64,000 bases of DNA, taken from assembly GCA_964016885.1 (NCBI GenBank), contig OZ024753.1:10044001-10108000 (forward strand), in the 5' to 3' direction. Positions 50,842 to 64,000 of the stretch are shown here, in pieces (position 1 is the stretch's first letter; each line of letters starts with the position of its first letter). The position numbers and the translations under genes are program-made. Under the pieces are notes generated by a model. The model ran no database searches, was not told the origin of the DNA, and saw nothing but the letters and a program-made list of their open reading frames with translations. This DNA comes from Eledone cirrhosa (lineage: Eukaryota).

Positions 50842-51447
50842 CTAGCAGTGGTACCCGGCGTTGCACGGGATAAGGTATTTTGGAACGCGGGCCTCCAACA
50901 GACCTAATCGTGGAAAAACTGCATGCCTGGACAATATGTAAAGACAATAAACCGAATATTCTGATGGCTGGATAATCTTTAAGATTTTCCTCGATGAAGC
51001 AGGAAAAATGCAGGTTTTCACCTAGGGGATCAAGAAAATAATTTTTTTTATGTGCATATAAGCCTTGATATTTCGGGGAAAATCGGCTAGACATAACGCC
51101 TCCAAAAAGCCATAAAAAGCTTTAAAAATGAGTTTTTTCACCTAATGCGGGCCCTAGGCCATAAAAAAGTTAGATTTTCTTTGCTCACAGTATGAAGAAG
51201 AGACTGACTAATACATAGATACAATTTCAAGGAAATCGGTTTGACGTAACACCTCAAAAAAAAACCCTAAGAAGCTTTAAAAACGCAGTTTTTCACCTAA
51301 TGCGGGCCCTAGGACATCAAAAAATTGAATTTTATGTGCATAACATTCACTGAAACATAAGTAATACACATGTAAAGTTTGTAAAAATTCGGTTGGGTAC
51401 TTCTCGAGTTTTAGGGATTCAAACTCACTCACACACACACGCACGCA

Positions 51448-51499
<52 letters not shown>

Positions 51500-51774
51500 G
51501 AAGTGACGTAATGCAGACATACAGACAGATATAAGGGCGCAACGTTATATGTATGTATCTATCTAAAAAGAGAAAGACCAAGAATTATAGAGAGAGAGAG
51601 ATCGCTATCTCTAGGGCATTGAAAATTTGAAATTTTTTTTGCTCAGAACACTCCCTGAAACATAAGTGTTACATGCGTAAAGTTTGAAAACAGTCGGTTG
51701 GGTGGTTCTTGAGTTTTAAGGATTCAAACTCACACACACACACACACAGACATCCTCAGTTTTATATATATAGA
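50842..51774 (-). mobile_element. Non-autonomous Helitron
   Basis: Minus strand 5'-TC...CTAG-3', hairpin CCCG TGCAACGC CGGG just upstream of CTAG, inserted between A and T with no TSD, internal (CA)n tracts. Confidence 0.85.
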
Positions 51775-52280
51775 TTGTTTCTACTTTTGGCACAAGGCCA
51801 GCAATTATCCCAGTACATTACTGGTACTTACTGTGTTGTTCTGTTGTGTTATAGTTAATGAGTTTTCAGTTATTAACATTTATCAATAATTGTTTCTACT
51901 TTTGGCACAAGGCCAGCAATTACCCCAGTACATTACTGGTATTTTATTTTATCGACCCTGCAAGGATGAAAAGCAAAGTTAACCTCGGCGGGATTTGAAC
52001 TCAGAATGGAAAGGGCCGTAACTCTTTGCGTCAAAGCATGGCGTCCGACCCTCTACCGATACTATATTATTTAGTTATTTACACTATTATTATTATTTTT
52101 GGCAGCATCAGACACCATACTTTGCAACTCAGAGTTATGGCCCTTTGCGTTCTGACTTCAAATCCCGGTGAGGTTAACTTTGCCTTTCATTCTTATGGGG
52201 GGGGGGGGGGGGGGCTCGATAAAATAAAGTACCAGTAATGCACTAGGGTAATTGCTGGCTTTGTGCCAAAAGTAGAAACT

Positions 52281-52675
52281 CACTAGAAAAGGAAAATCAG
52301 GGTGGAGAGAGAAGTGCTGCCTTCCAGCCAGTTTGTTGAAAAGGTGGGTGAGAGAGGCAAGAATAGCCCAGTGCGTGTGCCTGTAGTATCATAGGAGGAA
52401 AACTGAAAGAGGGCGCTTGCCTTAGCGGTCAGGGGGACTGTGGCTTTTTGTGGACTTTCTCCACGAATGACCCTCGGAAGTCTCCCCCTCTATTAGGGAA
52501 TTTTTCCTTTGTTTTCTTTTTTTTTTTTTTTTTTTTGTTACATCCTTTGTTTTGGGTTTTTATATATAAAATTTTGTTTTTACACACGCAGAAATGCCCC
52601 TTTGTACCATTCTGTGCTGTCCTTAATGTCTTACTTTATGTCAACCCTTGTGGTTAATAAAGAAAGCATTATTAT
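52281..52675 (+). mobile_element. Probable L1/Tx1-type LINE 3' end
   Basis: RKIRVEREVL...F..RW-like C-terminus (frameshifted); UTR ending CCCTTGTGGTTAATAAAG-(ATT)n; same tail near 53540-53580. Confidence 0.5.
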
Positions 52676-53067
52676 TGGCAGTATCAGTAGAGGGTCGGAT
52701 GCCATGCTTTGCAGCATAGAGTTATGGCCCTTTATGGTCTGAGTTCAAATCCCGCCGAGGTTGACTTTGCCTTTCATCCTTACGGGGTCGATATAATAAA
52801 GTACCAGTAATACACTGGGTAATTGCTGGCCTTGTGCCAAAAGTAGAAACAATTATTATTAATATTATTGGATTGGCAGTATCGGTAGAGGGTGAAACAC
52901 CATGCTTTCTAGAATAGTTACGTTCTGAGTTTAAATCCTGCCGAGGTTAACTTTGCCTTTCATCCTTTCAAATATCTGGCCTTGTGCCTAAAGTAGAAAC
53001 AATTACTTTTTATTATTATTTATTTTTATATATTTTTAAAATATATTTTATATTTGTTATATTTTAA

Positions 53068-53451
53068 AGGTGCATGGCTTAGTGGTTAGAGCATTGGCCT
53101 TGCAATCGAAAGGTTGTGAGTTCAATTCTCAGACCGGGTGATTTGTTGTGTCCTTGAGCAAGACACTTTATTTCACATTACTCCAGTTTACTCAGCTGTA
53201 GAAATGAGATGATAGGACTGGGGTCCCTATCATTCCACTGCAAAGTGGTCGTGGAGGTGCCACGACAAAAAAGCACCCAGCCGACACTGTAAAGTGGACG
53301 TGTAGGCGCCACGGAAAAAAAAAAAGCACTCAGCACTCACTGTAAATGAGGTTGGTGTTAGGAAGGGCATCCAGCTGTAGAAATCAAGCCAGAATCAGTT
53401 CCCGTCCCACCCTTGCAAGCAGGGAAAAGCGGACGTAAAATGATGATGATG
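53068..53451 (+). mobile_element. SINE family 1 copy
   Basis: As 2265-2599. Confidence 0.9.
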
Positions 53452-53613
53452 AAATTAGTCTTGCCATTGTGCACTTTTACTCAAGCTTATTGCAAACCCC
53501 TACTGCCCCTGTCTTTGTATTGTTCCCTACATATCGGCCCTTGTGGCCAATAAATGAAATCATTATTATTATTATTATTACTACATATAAATATATCTTT
53601 TTTTTACTTTCAG

Positions 53614-53676
53614 GTCTTAAATGACACATTCCCTGATCACACATTTTTGATGAATGGACTCATTCAAGGGGTTAAA
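53614..53676 (+). CDS. MFSD14A: MFSD14/HIAT1-like MFS transporter, next exon (VLNDTFPDHTFLMNGLIQGVK)
   Basis: TTTCAG acceptor, AAA|GTAAGT donor, 63 nt, phase 0; matches recalled VLHETFPKHTFLMNGLIQGVK. Confidence 0.95.
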
Positions 53677-54559
53677 GTAAGTAGTGAGATGTTGGTTTTA
53701 TTTACAGATGTTGGTCTTATTTTACTGTATATACTTGTATATAAGTCTAGGAATATGTGACAAATTATCTGATGATATATATATAGTAATATATACGAGG
53801 TTATAGTATAGTACTTCACTATCTTCATTGGTAAGATGAGATAAGTTTGATGTACTTTACCATCCACTGTTGAACGTTTGTGAAGATGTATGGATAAATA
53901 ATAATTTTCCTATTCTTGGCTTTCTTAAAATTTTGAAAATTAACCCGTGCTAGCGTGGAAAAATGGACGTTAAACAATGATGGTATATATACATACACAC
54001 ACACACATAATAATATAAGGACAATTTGTTATGTCTTCATTATGTTTAATCATTGGTGACGCGTGTTTCGCTATTGATCAGCTCAAGGTTCGATCTAAAT
54101 CAATCTGGCCCGACTCTGGAATCAAAAGCTCGTCGGACCTCTGCTGTGGTATGTCATTACCACAGCAAAGGTCTGACGTCACCAATAAATAAACGTAATA
54201 AAGACATAACAAATCACCCTTTTATTATTATATTTACACTCTGTTTAACTCTACACCTCGTTACAGACGTGAATCTAAGCATCGAGTGCTCACTTGGGTG
54301 AAGCTACAGTAATTGCACGTTACACTCCCTAGATATATACATACATATGATGGCTGCCCCCTCGTTATCAAGTATGGCCATTGAACAATATACCATTATT
54401 AATAATTATTAATTAATTCTATCGTGCAATGCCTGTGTGTGAAGATATTTTTTAAAGTGAGGAAATACTGTGCACTGAGCCAATCCCACTCTCTGAGCGA
54501 CTAGCTATAACCTGAAAAGAAGAAAAGATCAACATCATCGGTAACTACTGAGCCGCAGG

Positions 54560-54878
54560 TTTTATATCAGAGTTATCCCAGTTTCCTGAGTTGCCTTCTC
54601 CTAGAAGAATGCCCTGACGAAGGCTAGGGGTCCTTCACTCCCTGTGGTTTAACCGTGTGGTACATGTATATATACATATTTACACACTTTCGAATGGCTG
54701 TTGACTCTTACGAGTTCTTCCACCCTTTATCAGGTTTTGTTTTTTGTCCTGCAGGGTGTCCAAAATCACCCTCCTCACCAAGCAAACCTGGTTGGGTTGC
54801 CGGTTTAGTCGCCGACGACCCGACCATGCGACAGGTTGTACTGGGTTACATGTTACCAGTAGCACTCAAGAGTGACCC
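54560..54878 (-). mobile_element. Probable 5' UTR fragment of an RTE-type element
   Basis: GC-richer block containing GTTGCCTTCTCCTAG; minus strand AGAGTCAACAGCCA resembles AGAGTCAACGGGCA near 9576. Confidence 0.4.
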
Positions 54879-54887
54879 ATACATACA

Positions 54888-54951
<64 letters not shown>

Positions 54952-55346
54952 CACACACACACACAGTTTTTCCCTGGTATTTGCAGGGTTACGATCCTAG
55001 AGCACCCGGGAGGAGTGAAAAACCGCGAATATTGCACATGGTTCATAAAAATGCCTACAAACGTCAAAATATGATGTAAAATATGATAAAAAAAAAAAAA
55101 AGAGGGACCATCTTATGCGAAGCAGCGTCCAATAGGCCAGCAAATATAGTATATTGTTATTAGTAATTTATCGTTAAAAAATATATATTGCCACGGAAAC
55201 AGCCATTAAAATAATTGCAGAAGATATTTATGATTCCTTGAATATTTGGTGGTTTCCATGAACAATTATTAGTTAGGTTCTATGGAAACTTTCACGATTA
55301 ACTGGGACTGCAAGTGTCAGGTGTACACTGTATATATATATATATG

Positions 55347-55379
<33 letters not shown>

Positions 55380-55382
55380 ATG

Positions 55383-55424
<42 letters not shown>

Positions 55425-55564
55425 TATCGTTTCTGAATTTGTTTAGCAAGATTCTTTATCTGAAATCGTGTGTTGAAACCGATATTGTTATACTTTGGTG
55501 CGTGTGTTTCTTATTGGCAACATGACCCTCCCAAAGTATAACTATATATATATATATATATATG

Positions 55565-55622
<58 letters not shown>

Positions 55623-55624
<2 letters not shown>

Positions 55625-55805
55625 ACGAAGGAAATGTGGTAGGGAACCAGATGGACCATAACGCACCAAAGTACTCAATACTTAGGGTAGTAGAGTGGGT
55701 AATAGGAACGAGTAGGACCCCGACGGCTGAGCTCAAGCCGTTTCGACGGCTAATTAGCCGTCGAAACGGCTTGAGCTCAGCCGTCGGGGTCCTACTCATT
55801 CCTAT

Positions 55806-55807
<2 letters not shown>
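55623..55807 (-). mobile_element. Family D hairpin element in (TA)n
   Basis: Palindrome centred at 55753/55754; homologous to 5250-5450. Confidence 0.75.
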
Positions 55808-55841
<34 letters not shown>

Positions 55842-55873
55842 AAAAGAAAATTTTGTTCTACATGGCTGAATAC

Positions 55874-56083
55874 AATAAATGTAATCTGAGTTTTTCGAAT
55901 ATTAATAATACCATTCGGTTCGTTTGCAATTATGTAAACAAGCCTCAATTTTATAGCCATGTCCCATGTCAGTAGAATAGACACATTATGTTGGCATAGG
56001 AGCAAGAATGAGGCTCGTTTACATAATTGCAAACAAATCGAATGGTATTATTAATATTCGAAAAACTCAGATTACATTTATTA
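55874..56083. repeat. About 210-bp hairpin between (TA)n tracts
   Basis: AATAAATGTAATCTGAGTTTTTCGAATATT... arms of about 75 bp; no hammerhead core seen. Confidence 0.8.
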
Positions 56084-56094
56084 TATATATATAT

Positions 56095-56725
56095 CATCAT
56101 CATCATCGTTTAATGTCTATCTTCCATGCTAGCATGGGTTTAGACGGGAGTTGTCCCGCTTGAGGCAAGATTAGTTGTCTGGCAGGTTTTCTACGGCTGG
56201 ATGCCCTTCCTAACACCAACCATGTTTACAGTGTGGACTGGGAGGTTTTTACCGTGTTACCTACACGGCCACATTACAGCGTGGACTGTGCGTTTTTTTG
56301 CCGTGACACCTACGCGACCTCATTTATTCAGGACTGGATGTTTTGGTACCAACATAACTTTACAGAGAAAGGGGTGGTGTTGATGGGGATGGGAGTAGGG
56401 GTAGTGGGATGAGGGTATATATTTGGTTAAGAGGTGCCTACTGACTGTAGGTTTCGCTTTGTACATAGGCAACACGGGTCTTCTGTATTACTGCGTAGCG
56501 CCAAAGATCTCGGTCCAGTGACATTGTCTTGGAGAGGTGCAAGTGTGTCAAGTCGGAATTTATCAAATCGTCCCAGGTTTTTCTAGGTCTGCCTACCCCG
56601 TAACTTCCATCAATTTTGATCGCCCTGCACTTTTTTATACAGCTGTCGTCTTTCATGCGCATCACGTGACCATACCAATGTAGTCTTCTCTCAAGTAAAC
56701 AGCATCTGATCCCTCTTATTCCTAA
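56095..56725 (-). mobile_element. RTE LINE 3' fragment
   Basis: HVMRMKDDSCIKKC...GRPRKTW on the minus strand plus UTR. Confidence 0.9.
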
Positions 56726-56889
56726 TATTGTACAGTTATTAGTTTGTTCAGGTATTGTTACAGCTCACATCTTGAAGATTTAGCCAGTCTCTTATGAAGT
56801 TGCGCCTTCATAGATTTCTTGGGTGTTTTTCATAAGAGACCCTTCTCTTATCATGTTATTAAAATACTGTGATAAGAGTTGGGATTTGA

Positions 56890-57405
56890 CCAGTGTAGAA
56901 ACAGACGCTACATGTCATACCATCTAACTCTCTCTGGCTGTCACCACTCTGGACTGGTCAGAACTAGTGTAGAAACAGATGCTACATGTCATACCATCTA
57001 ATTCTCTCTGGCTGTCATCACTCTGGACTGGTCAGAACTAGTGTAGGAACAGATGCTACATGTCATACCATCTAACTCTCTGTGACTGTCACCACTCTCG
57101 ACTGGTCAGAACAAGTGTAGGAATAGACGCTACATGTCATACCATCTAACTCTGGGACTGACAGCACTCTAGACTGGTCAGAACTAGTGTAGGAACAGAT
57201 GCTACATGTCATACCATCTAACTCTCTGTGACTGTCACCACTCTGGACTGGTCAGAATTAGTGTAGGAACAGATGCTACATGTTATACCATCTATCTCTC
57301 TATGACTGTTACCACTCTGGACTGGTCAGAACTAGTGTAGGAACAGATGCTACATGTTATACCATTTAACTCTCTGTGGCTGTCACCACTCTAGACTGGT
57401 CAGAA
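56890..57405. repeat. 74-bp tandem repeat, about 7 copies
   Basis: GTCAGAACTAGTGTAGGAACAGATGCTACATGTCATACCATCTAACTCTC...CTGGACTG. Confidence 0.93.
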
Positions 57406-57729
57406 CCATTTATCAGTTGTCTTCTCTCCAATATACTTAGCTAAATTTACCTAAGGTGTCAATAATACTACAAATTTATATATTTTCGGTTAGGTTAGGT
57501 TGAACAGAACTGTCAATAATACTACAGATTTATATATTTTCGGTTAGGTTAGGTTGAGCAGAACTGCTACTTAATATTACAAATTTATATATTTTAGGCT
57601 AGGTTGAGCAGAACTGCTACTTAATATTACAAATTTATATATTTTAGGTTAGGTTGAACAGAACTGTTAGTTAATACTACAAATTTATATATTTTCAGTT
57701 AGGTTAGATTGAGCAGAGCTGTTGCTTAC

Positions 57730-57940
57730 TTAACCCTTTAGCATTTAAATCGCCCATATCTGGCCAAAATTCTCTCACCTCTTTCTGTTCAAACCGGCTG
57801 TTCCCAGCCGCTCATACTGATGTTAAGGTATTGTTCTAAAAAAAAAAAATATCAAAATCTCATAGATTCAATATTATGTGAGGTAAAGCATTTACCATGA
57901 AAATACAGTAGTAAATGTAATGTGAATGCTTAAGGGTTAA
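57730..57940. mobile_element. piggyBac-type MITE inserted in a roughly 50-bp degenerate repeat
   Basis: TTAA at both ends; the flanking repeat resumes after 57940. Confidence 0.82.
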
Positions 57941-58291
57941 TACTACAAATTTATATATTTTCAGTTAGTTTAGATTGAGCAGGGCAGTTGTTTGCCTAAT
58001 ACAGCAAATTTCCACAATGGTCTTTTCACTTGCAAAAAATAGTACAAAAAGAAAAACATCTGAATTGAAGAACTTGTTTTGTAAATATTTTATGCTAAAT
58101 CATTCCAGGATGTTAAGAGTTAATCAAATCTTTCCTTATGTTGTGTGTATCTGGTGTGGTTGAATGCATTTTTATAAAAGATACACACACACACATATGT
58201 ATATATATATATTGGATCATCAAGTATGAATTTTGTAGACACAAAAAAAAAACAAATTTCTACAAATTTCATAATTGACGACCCAACACAT

Positions 58292-58325
<34 letters not shown>

Positions 58326-58366
58326 TAATTCAAAATATTAACAAAATAGATATTCTTGTGATCGAT

Positions 58367-58436
58367 TATATTTTATTATACATATTTCAGAGGTACCGAG
58401 TTAAATTTAACAGTACGCCCTCATCAGCTAAAATAG
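58367..58436 (-). ncRNA. Type I hammerhead motif (family C relative)
   Basis: Minus strand CTATTTTAG-CTGATGA-GGGCGTAC...GTACCTCT-GAA-ATATGTAT-A-ATAAAATAT; truncated sister copy at 4230-4310. Confidence 0.62.
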
Positions 58437-58490
58437 GATGATGCATGACATACCCTGACATAGTAGATGGTTAAGATTCAGTCATGGTAG

Positions 58491-58524
<34 letters not shown>

Positions 58525-58525
58525 C

Positions 58526-58566
<41 letters not shown>

Positions 58567-58567
58567 A

Positions 58568-58625
<58 letters not shown>

Positions 58626-58772
58626 TAAGAATAAAGTAACAAGTATTTAGTGTTGCATCATAACATATTTAATAACATATTACGTAATATATTATGATGC
58701 AACACTGAGTCTGCGCGAGCACCGAGTGCTCACCCGGCATACTGCCTATGGACGCAATTTTCTTGCACCTAT

Positions 58773-60314
<1,542 letters not shown>

Positions 60315-60318
60315 GCAT

Positions 60319-60666
60319 GGAGGCACATGGCTTAGTGGTTAGAACATTGGGCTTGCAATCGAAAGGTTGTGAGTTCAATTCTCAGACCGGGTGATGTGTT
60401 GTTTCCTTGAGCAAGACACTTTATTTCACAATGCTCCAGTTTACTCAGCTGTAGAAATGAGATGATAGGGACTGGGGTCCCTATCATTCCACTGCAAAGT
60501 GGTCGTGGAGGTGCCACGGCAAAAAAGCACCCAGCACTCACTGTAAATGAGGTTGGTGTTAGGAAGGGCATCCAGCTGTAGAAATCAAGCCAGAATCAGT
60601 TCCTGTCCCACTCTTGCAAGCAGGGAAAAAGCGGACGTAAAATGAAATGATGATGATGATGATGAT
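60319..60666 (+). mobile_element. SINE family 1 copy
   Basis: As 2265-2599. Confidence 0.9.
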
Positions 60667-60904
60667 GTATATGTATATATATATATTAATGTACGTACGT
60701 ATAGTATATTTAATAATATACTGTATGTTTATTTAAAAACATTTTGAAGGCCATTCGCTATGAATTTTAAAGTAGTGACCACGTCACATACTTAGTCTCG
60801 GCAAAAGCAAAGGGGAGTAATCGATGGTAGTACTGTTTCTCACTTGTAAGTGGTTGTCAAGACAACATACCCCTTCACTTCTGCCGAATATATATATATA
60901 TATA

Positions 60905-61500
60905 TGGACACGTGATGCGCATGAAAGTCGATAGCTGTATAACAAAGTGCAGGGCAATAAAGATAGACGGTAGTCACGGAATAGGCAGACCTAGAAAAAC
61001 CTGGGACGAGCTGATAAACTCCGACATCACACACTTACACCTCTCCAAGACAATGTCACTGGACCGAGACCTTTGGCGGTACTCAGTAACAGAGAAGACC
61101 CGCCTTACCTAAATATATAGTAAAACCTACTCCAGCCAGTAGGCATCTCTAACAAATACACCCCGTCCCACCACCCCCACCCGATCCACACCACCCCGTT
61201 CTATGTAAAGTTATGTTGGTGCCGCGCCATCGAGGCCGAAACAAATGAGATCGTGTAGGTGTCACGACAAAAAAACACACAGTCCACGCTGTAATGTGGC
61301 CGTGTAGGCAACACGGTAAAAACCTCCCAGACCCACACTGTAAATGTGGTTGGTGTTAGGAAGGGCATCCAACTGTAGAAAACCTGCCAGACAGTCCTAT
61401 GCGAGCAAGACAATCACTCTTGCCTCAAGTGGGACTACCCCCGTCCAAACCCATGCAAGCGTGGAACACGGACGTTAAACGCTGATGATGATGATGATGA

Positions 61501-61503
<3 letters not shown>
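60905..61503 (+). mobile_element. RTE LINE 3' fragment
   Basis: GHVMRM...GRPRKTW plus UTR and (GAT)n. Confidence 0.9.
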
Positions 61504-61563
<60 letters not shown>

Positions 61564-61673
61564 AAATATATGTGTGAATGAAGTATTTTCGTCGGAAAGG
61601 TACAGGAAAAAAGAGTGCTCTATGTAGGCTACAGTGCTTATTAGTTATGTAATAAACAACATAAGATAATTAT

Positions 61674-61733
61674 TTCATTTACCAGTGGTTTCTTGAAGGC
61701 AGATGTATGTCTGTCTTCAGTCGTCAGAATGAA
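61674..61733 (-). ncRNA. Type I hammerhead motif (family A, minus arm of hairpin 61642-61880)
   Basis: Reverse complement of 61788-61848 with small stem II loop differences. Confidence 0.72.
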
Positions 61734-61787
61734 TAAATAACATGGTGTTTTTCAAATCCATATTTAATAAAAACACCATGTTATTTA

Positions 61788-61848
61788 TTCATTCTGACGA
61801 CTGAAGACAGATACAACATCTGCCTTCAAGAAACCACTGGTAAATGAA
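61788..61848 (+). ncRNA. Type I hammerhead motif (family A)
   Basis: TTCATT-CTGACGA-CTGAAGACAGAT ACAAC ATCTGCCTTCAA-GAAA-CCA C TGG-TA-AATGAA. Confidence 0.75.
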
Positions 61849-61971
61849 ATAATTATCTTATGTTGTTTATTACATAATTAAAATATATGTAAATATATAT
61901 CAGATAGGGTTTTTGTGTGTTGTGTGATGGTGTAGGACAGAACAAAGGGAGAGACGCAAAATAAAAATCCA

Positions 61972-62014
61972 GTCACTGAAGAGGTCGCAGAATGTGTGAC
62001 AAAAGAGCTTTGAC
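61972..62014 (+). ncRNA. Hammerhead-like motif (family E) with G12 mutated
   Basis: GTCA-CTGAAGA-GGTCGCA GAATG TGTGAC-AAAA-GAGC-TT-TGAC; element runs to (TA)n near 62145. Confidence 0.55.
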
Positions 62015-63439
62015 AATATATAAACAACCATCCGGTTATCCAACCAACCAACCAACCAACCGGAAATTTATAATAAATTGAAGTGAAAACCAACCGGTGC
62101 ATGTGTTTTAATTGGCAGCATGACCCTACCAAAGTATAACAATATATATATATATGTGTGTGTGGGTGTTGTAGTTTGCTTGAAGCGTTATGTTAGTGTA
62201 TAAAGCAGTATTTAGTTTGAAGGCTGCGACAATACAAAATGGACAATAGATTTCAGAATAAATTGAAGGTAACAAATATGTTGGTGTATCACCTGTTATT
62301 TTATTTACCTGTCCATGACATATATATATGTGTGTGTGTTTGTCATGGACTTCTACACACCTACAATGAAATAGGGCAGCCTGGGATGATGGTAAAGAAT
62401 GCTTATCCAAGTGCTGCACAGTGGGATCACACCTAGGACTATGTGGTTGCAAAACAAATTTACTGGCTACATAGATATGCTCCTTTATCAGATGGCTCTA
62501 CTCAGCTTCAGTCATGTATATGTTTGGCTAATAAGATATAAGCATTGAAGGTCCTGTTTGGAAAGCACCTGTCCAAAGTGCAAGCCTGAGCAATGTGTTT
62601 TGTGGAAGATCAGCAATTGCCCATGCATTCAAATCTCCTTTTTCCATGCCACCAATGTTATTGAAGGTAAAAGCCAGAATGAGATACTACAAGACACTAA
62701 TGTTTCTGCCAATCCACCACTCCGGACTGGTACTTCATTTATCGACTCTTAAAGGACGAAAGGCCAGATTTGAACTTAGAGAGCTGAAAGTAAATACTGC
62801 CAAACATTTTAATCCAATGCTTTAACAATTCTGCCAATTCCATCAAATGTAAGAGTAGAGGAACAATATTTAAGCTTAGTACAACAGATATAGGTATTTG
62901 TTTTTATTGTTTTCACTCTGAAATAGTTCATTGCCAAGTTCATATCATACCCTTTATATGAACAGTCCTTTCTCATTGCCAACGTCATCTCTTGTCTTAT
63001 ATCTGATGTGAACAGCCCTTTCTCATTGCCAAGTTTATCTCTTGCCCTATATCTGATGTGGACAGTCCTTGCCCTCACTCTTAGTCTAGCTGACTTTTTA
63101 AGAAACATATCCACTGCCAAAGCCAACATGTTTTTGATACCTGCTCTACCCTCAAATTCACTTTTGACTTTCTTTTATTATTTTGGCTCCAATGTCTCAG
63201 CTTTTATGTTTTCTCTCTCCTGTGACAATCATGGCTTTCAACAGCTGTTGATTCTCCCATACCATAAATAGACACCAATTTCACTAACAAATGTTTTTCT
63301 CTCATCATGGCACACCTTCAGCCATTAGTAGCCTAGACTGGCTTCAGAAGATAAGCCATCTACCTGATCAATAAGTCCACCTATATTGAGAATACCTGTC
63401 ACATTCTCATGCTATTTCTTTTGGCTTCTGTTCCTGTTA

Positions 63440-64000
63440 TTTATATTATATATAGGTGGTCTTGCTGTGTATATATATTATATATAGGTGGTCTTGCTGT
63501 GTATATATATTATATATAGGTGGTCTTGCTGTGTATATATATTATATATAGGTGGTCTTGCTGTGTATATATATTATATATAGGTGGTCTTGCTGTGTAT
63601 ATATATTATATATAGGTGGTCTTACTGTGTATATATATTATATATAGGTTTGCTGTCTGTAAAGTAACACACTAGTATAGGTGGTCTTGCTGTGTATATA
63701 TATTATATATAGGTGGTCTTGCTGTGTATATATATTATATATAGGTGGTCTTGCTGTGTATATATATTATATATAGGTGGTCTTGCTGTGTATATATATT
63801 ATATATAGGTGGTCTTGCTGTGTATATATATTATATATAGGTGGTCTTGCTGTGTATATATATTATATATAGGTGGTCTTGCTGTGTATATATATTATAT
63901 ATAGGTGGTCTTGCTGTGTATATATATTATATATAGGTGGTCTTACTGTGTATATATATTATATATAGGTGGTCTTGCTGTGTATATATATTATATATAG
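63440..64000. repeat. 32-bp tandem repeat, runs off the window end
   Basis: ATAGGTGGTCTTGCTGTGTATATATATTATAT. Confidence 0.95.

Noticed and set aside
57455-57725. Telomere-like TTAGG
   Set aside because: Only 2-3 copies per unit of a longer degenerate repeat
60319-60395. tRNA gene
   Set aside because: Head of a multi-copy SINE that continues into centre and LINE-type tail; acceptor stem is not formed

Overview
AT-rich, repeat-saturated eukaryotic DNA, most likely from an octopus or other coleoid cephalopod. This is inferred from the SINE/RTE/MITE repertoire and microsatellite load; no search was run. The only host gene I can support is a + strand MFSD14/HIAT1-like MFS transporter. It has two clear phase-0 exons (26038-26130 and 53614-53676) about 27.5 kb apart, two weaker upstream exon candidates (2102-2154, 8341-8412), and continues beyond the window. 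The rest is intron filled with two tRNA-derived SINE families, RTE/CR1/L1-Tx1/CRE non-LTR fragments, a TTAA-flanked piggyBac-type MITE (more than 15 copies), Tc1/mariner and hAT remnants, Helitrons and about 15 tandem arrays. Two hidden patterns stand out. (1) Short elements next to (TA)n tracts carry type I hammerhead ribozyme motifs from several unrelated families, often as head-to-head inverted pairs forming 200-260 bp hairpins, with stem II covariation between copies (Penelope-like or retrozyme-like). (2) Several satellites, including a 6.7 kb array, are internal amplifications of single transposon copies whose termini still flank them. Long ORFs in the ORF track are microsatellite artefacts. 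All family assignments come from motif recognition by eye.
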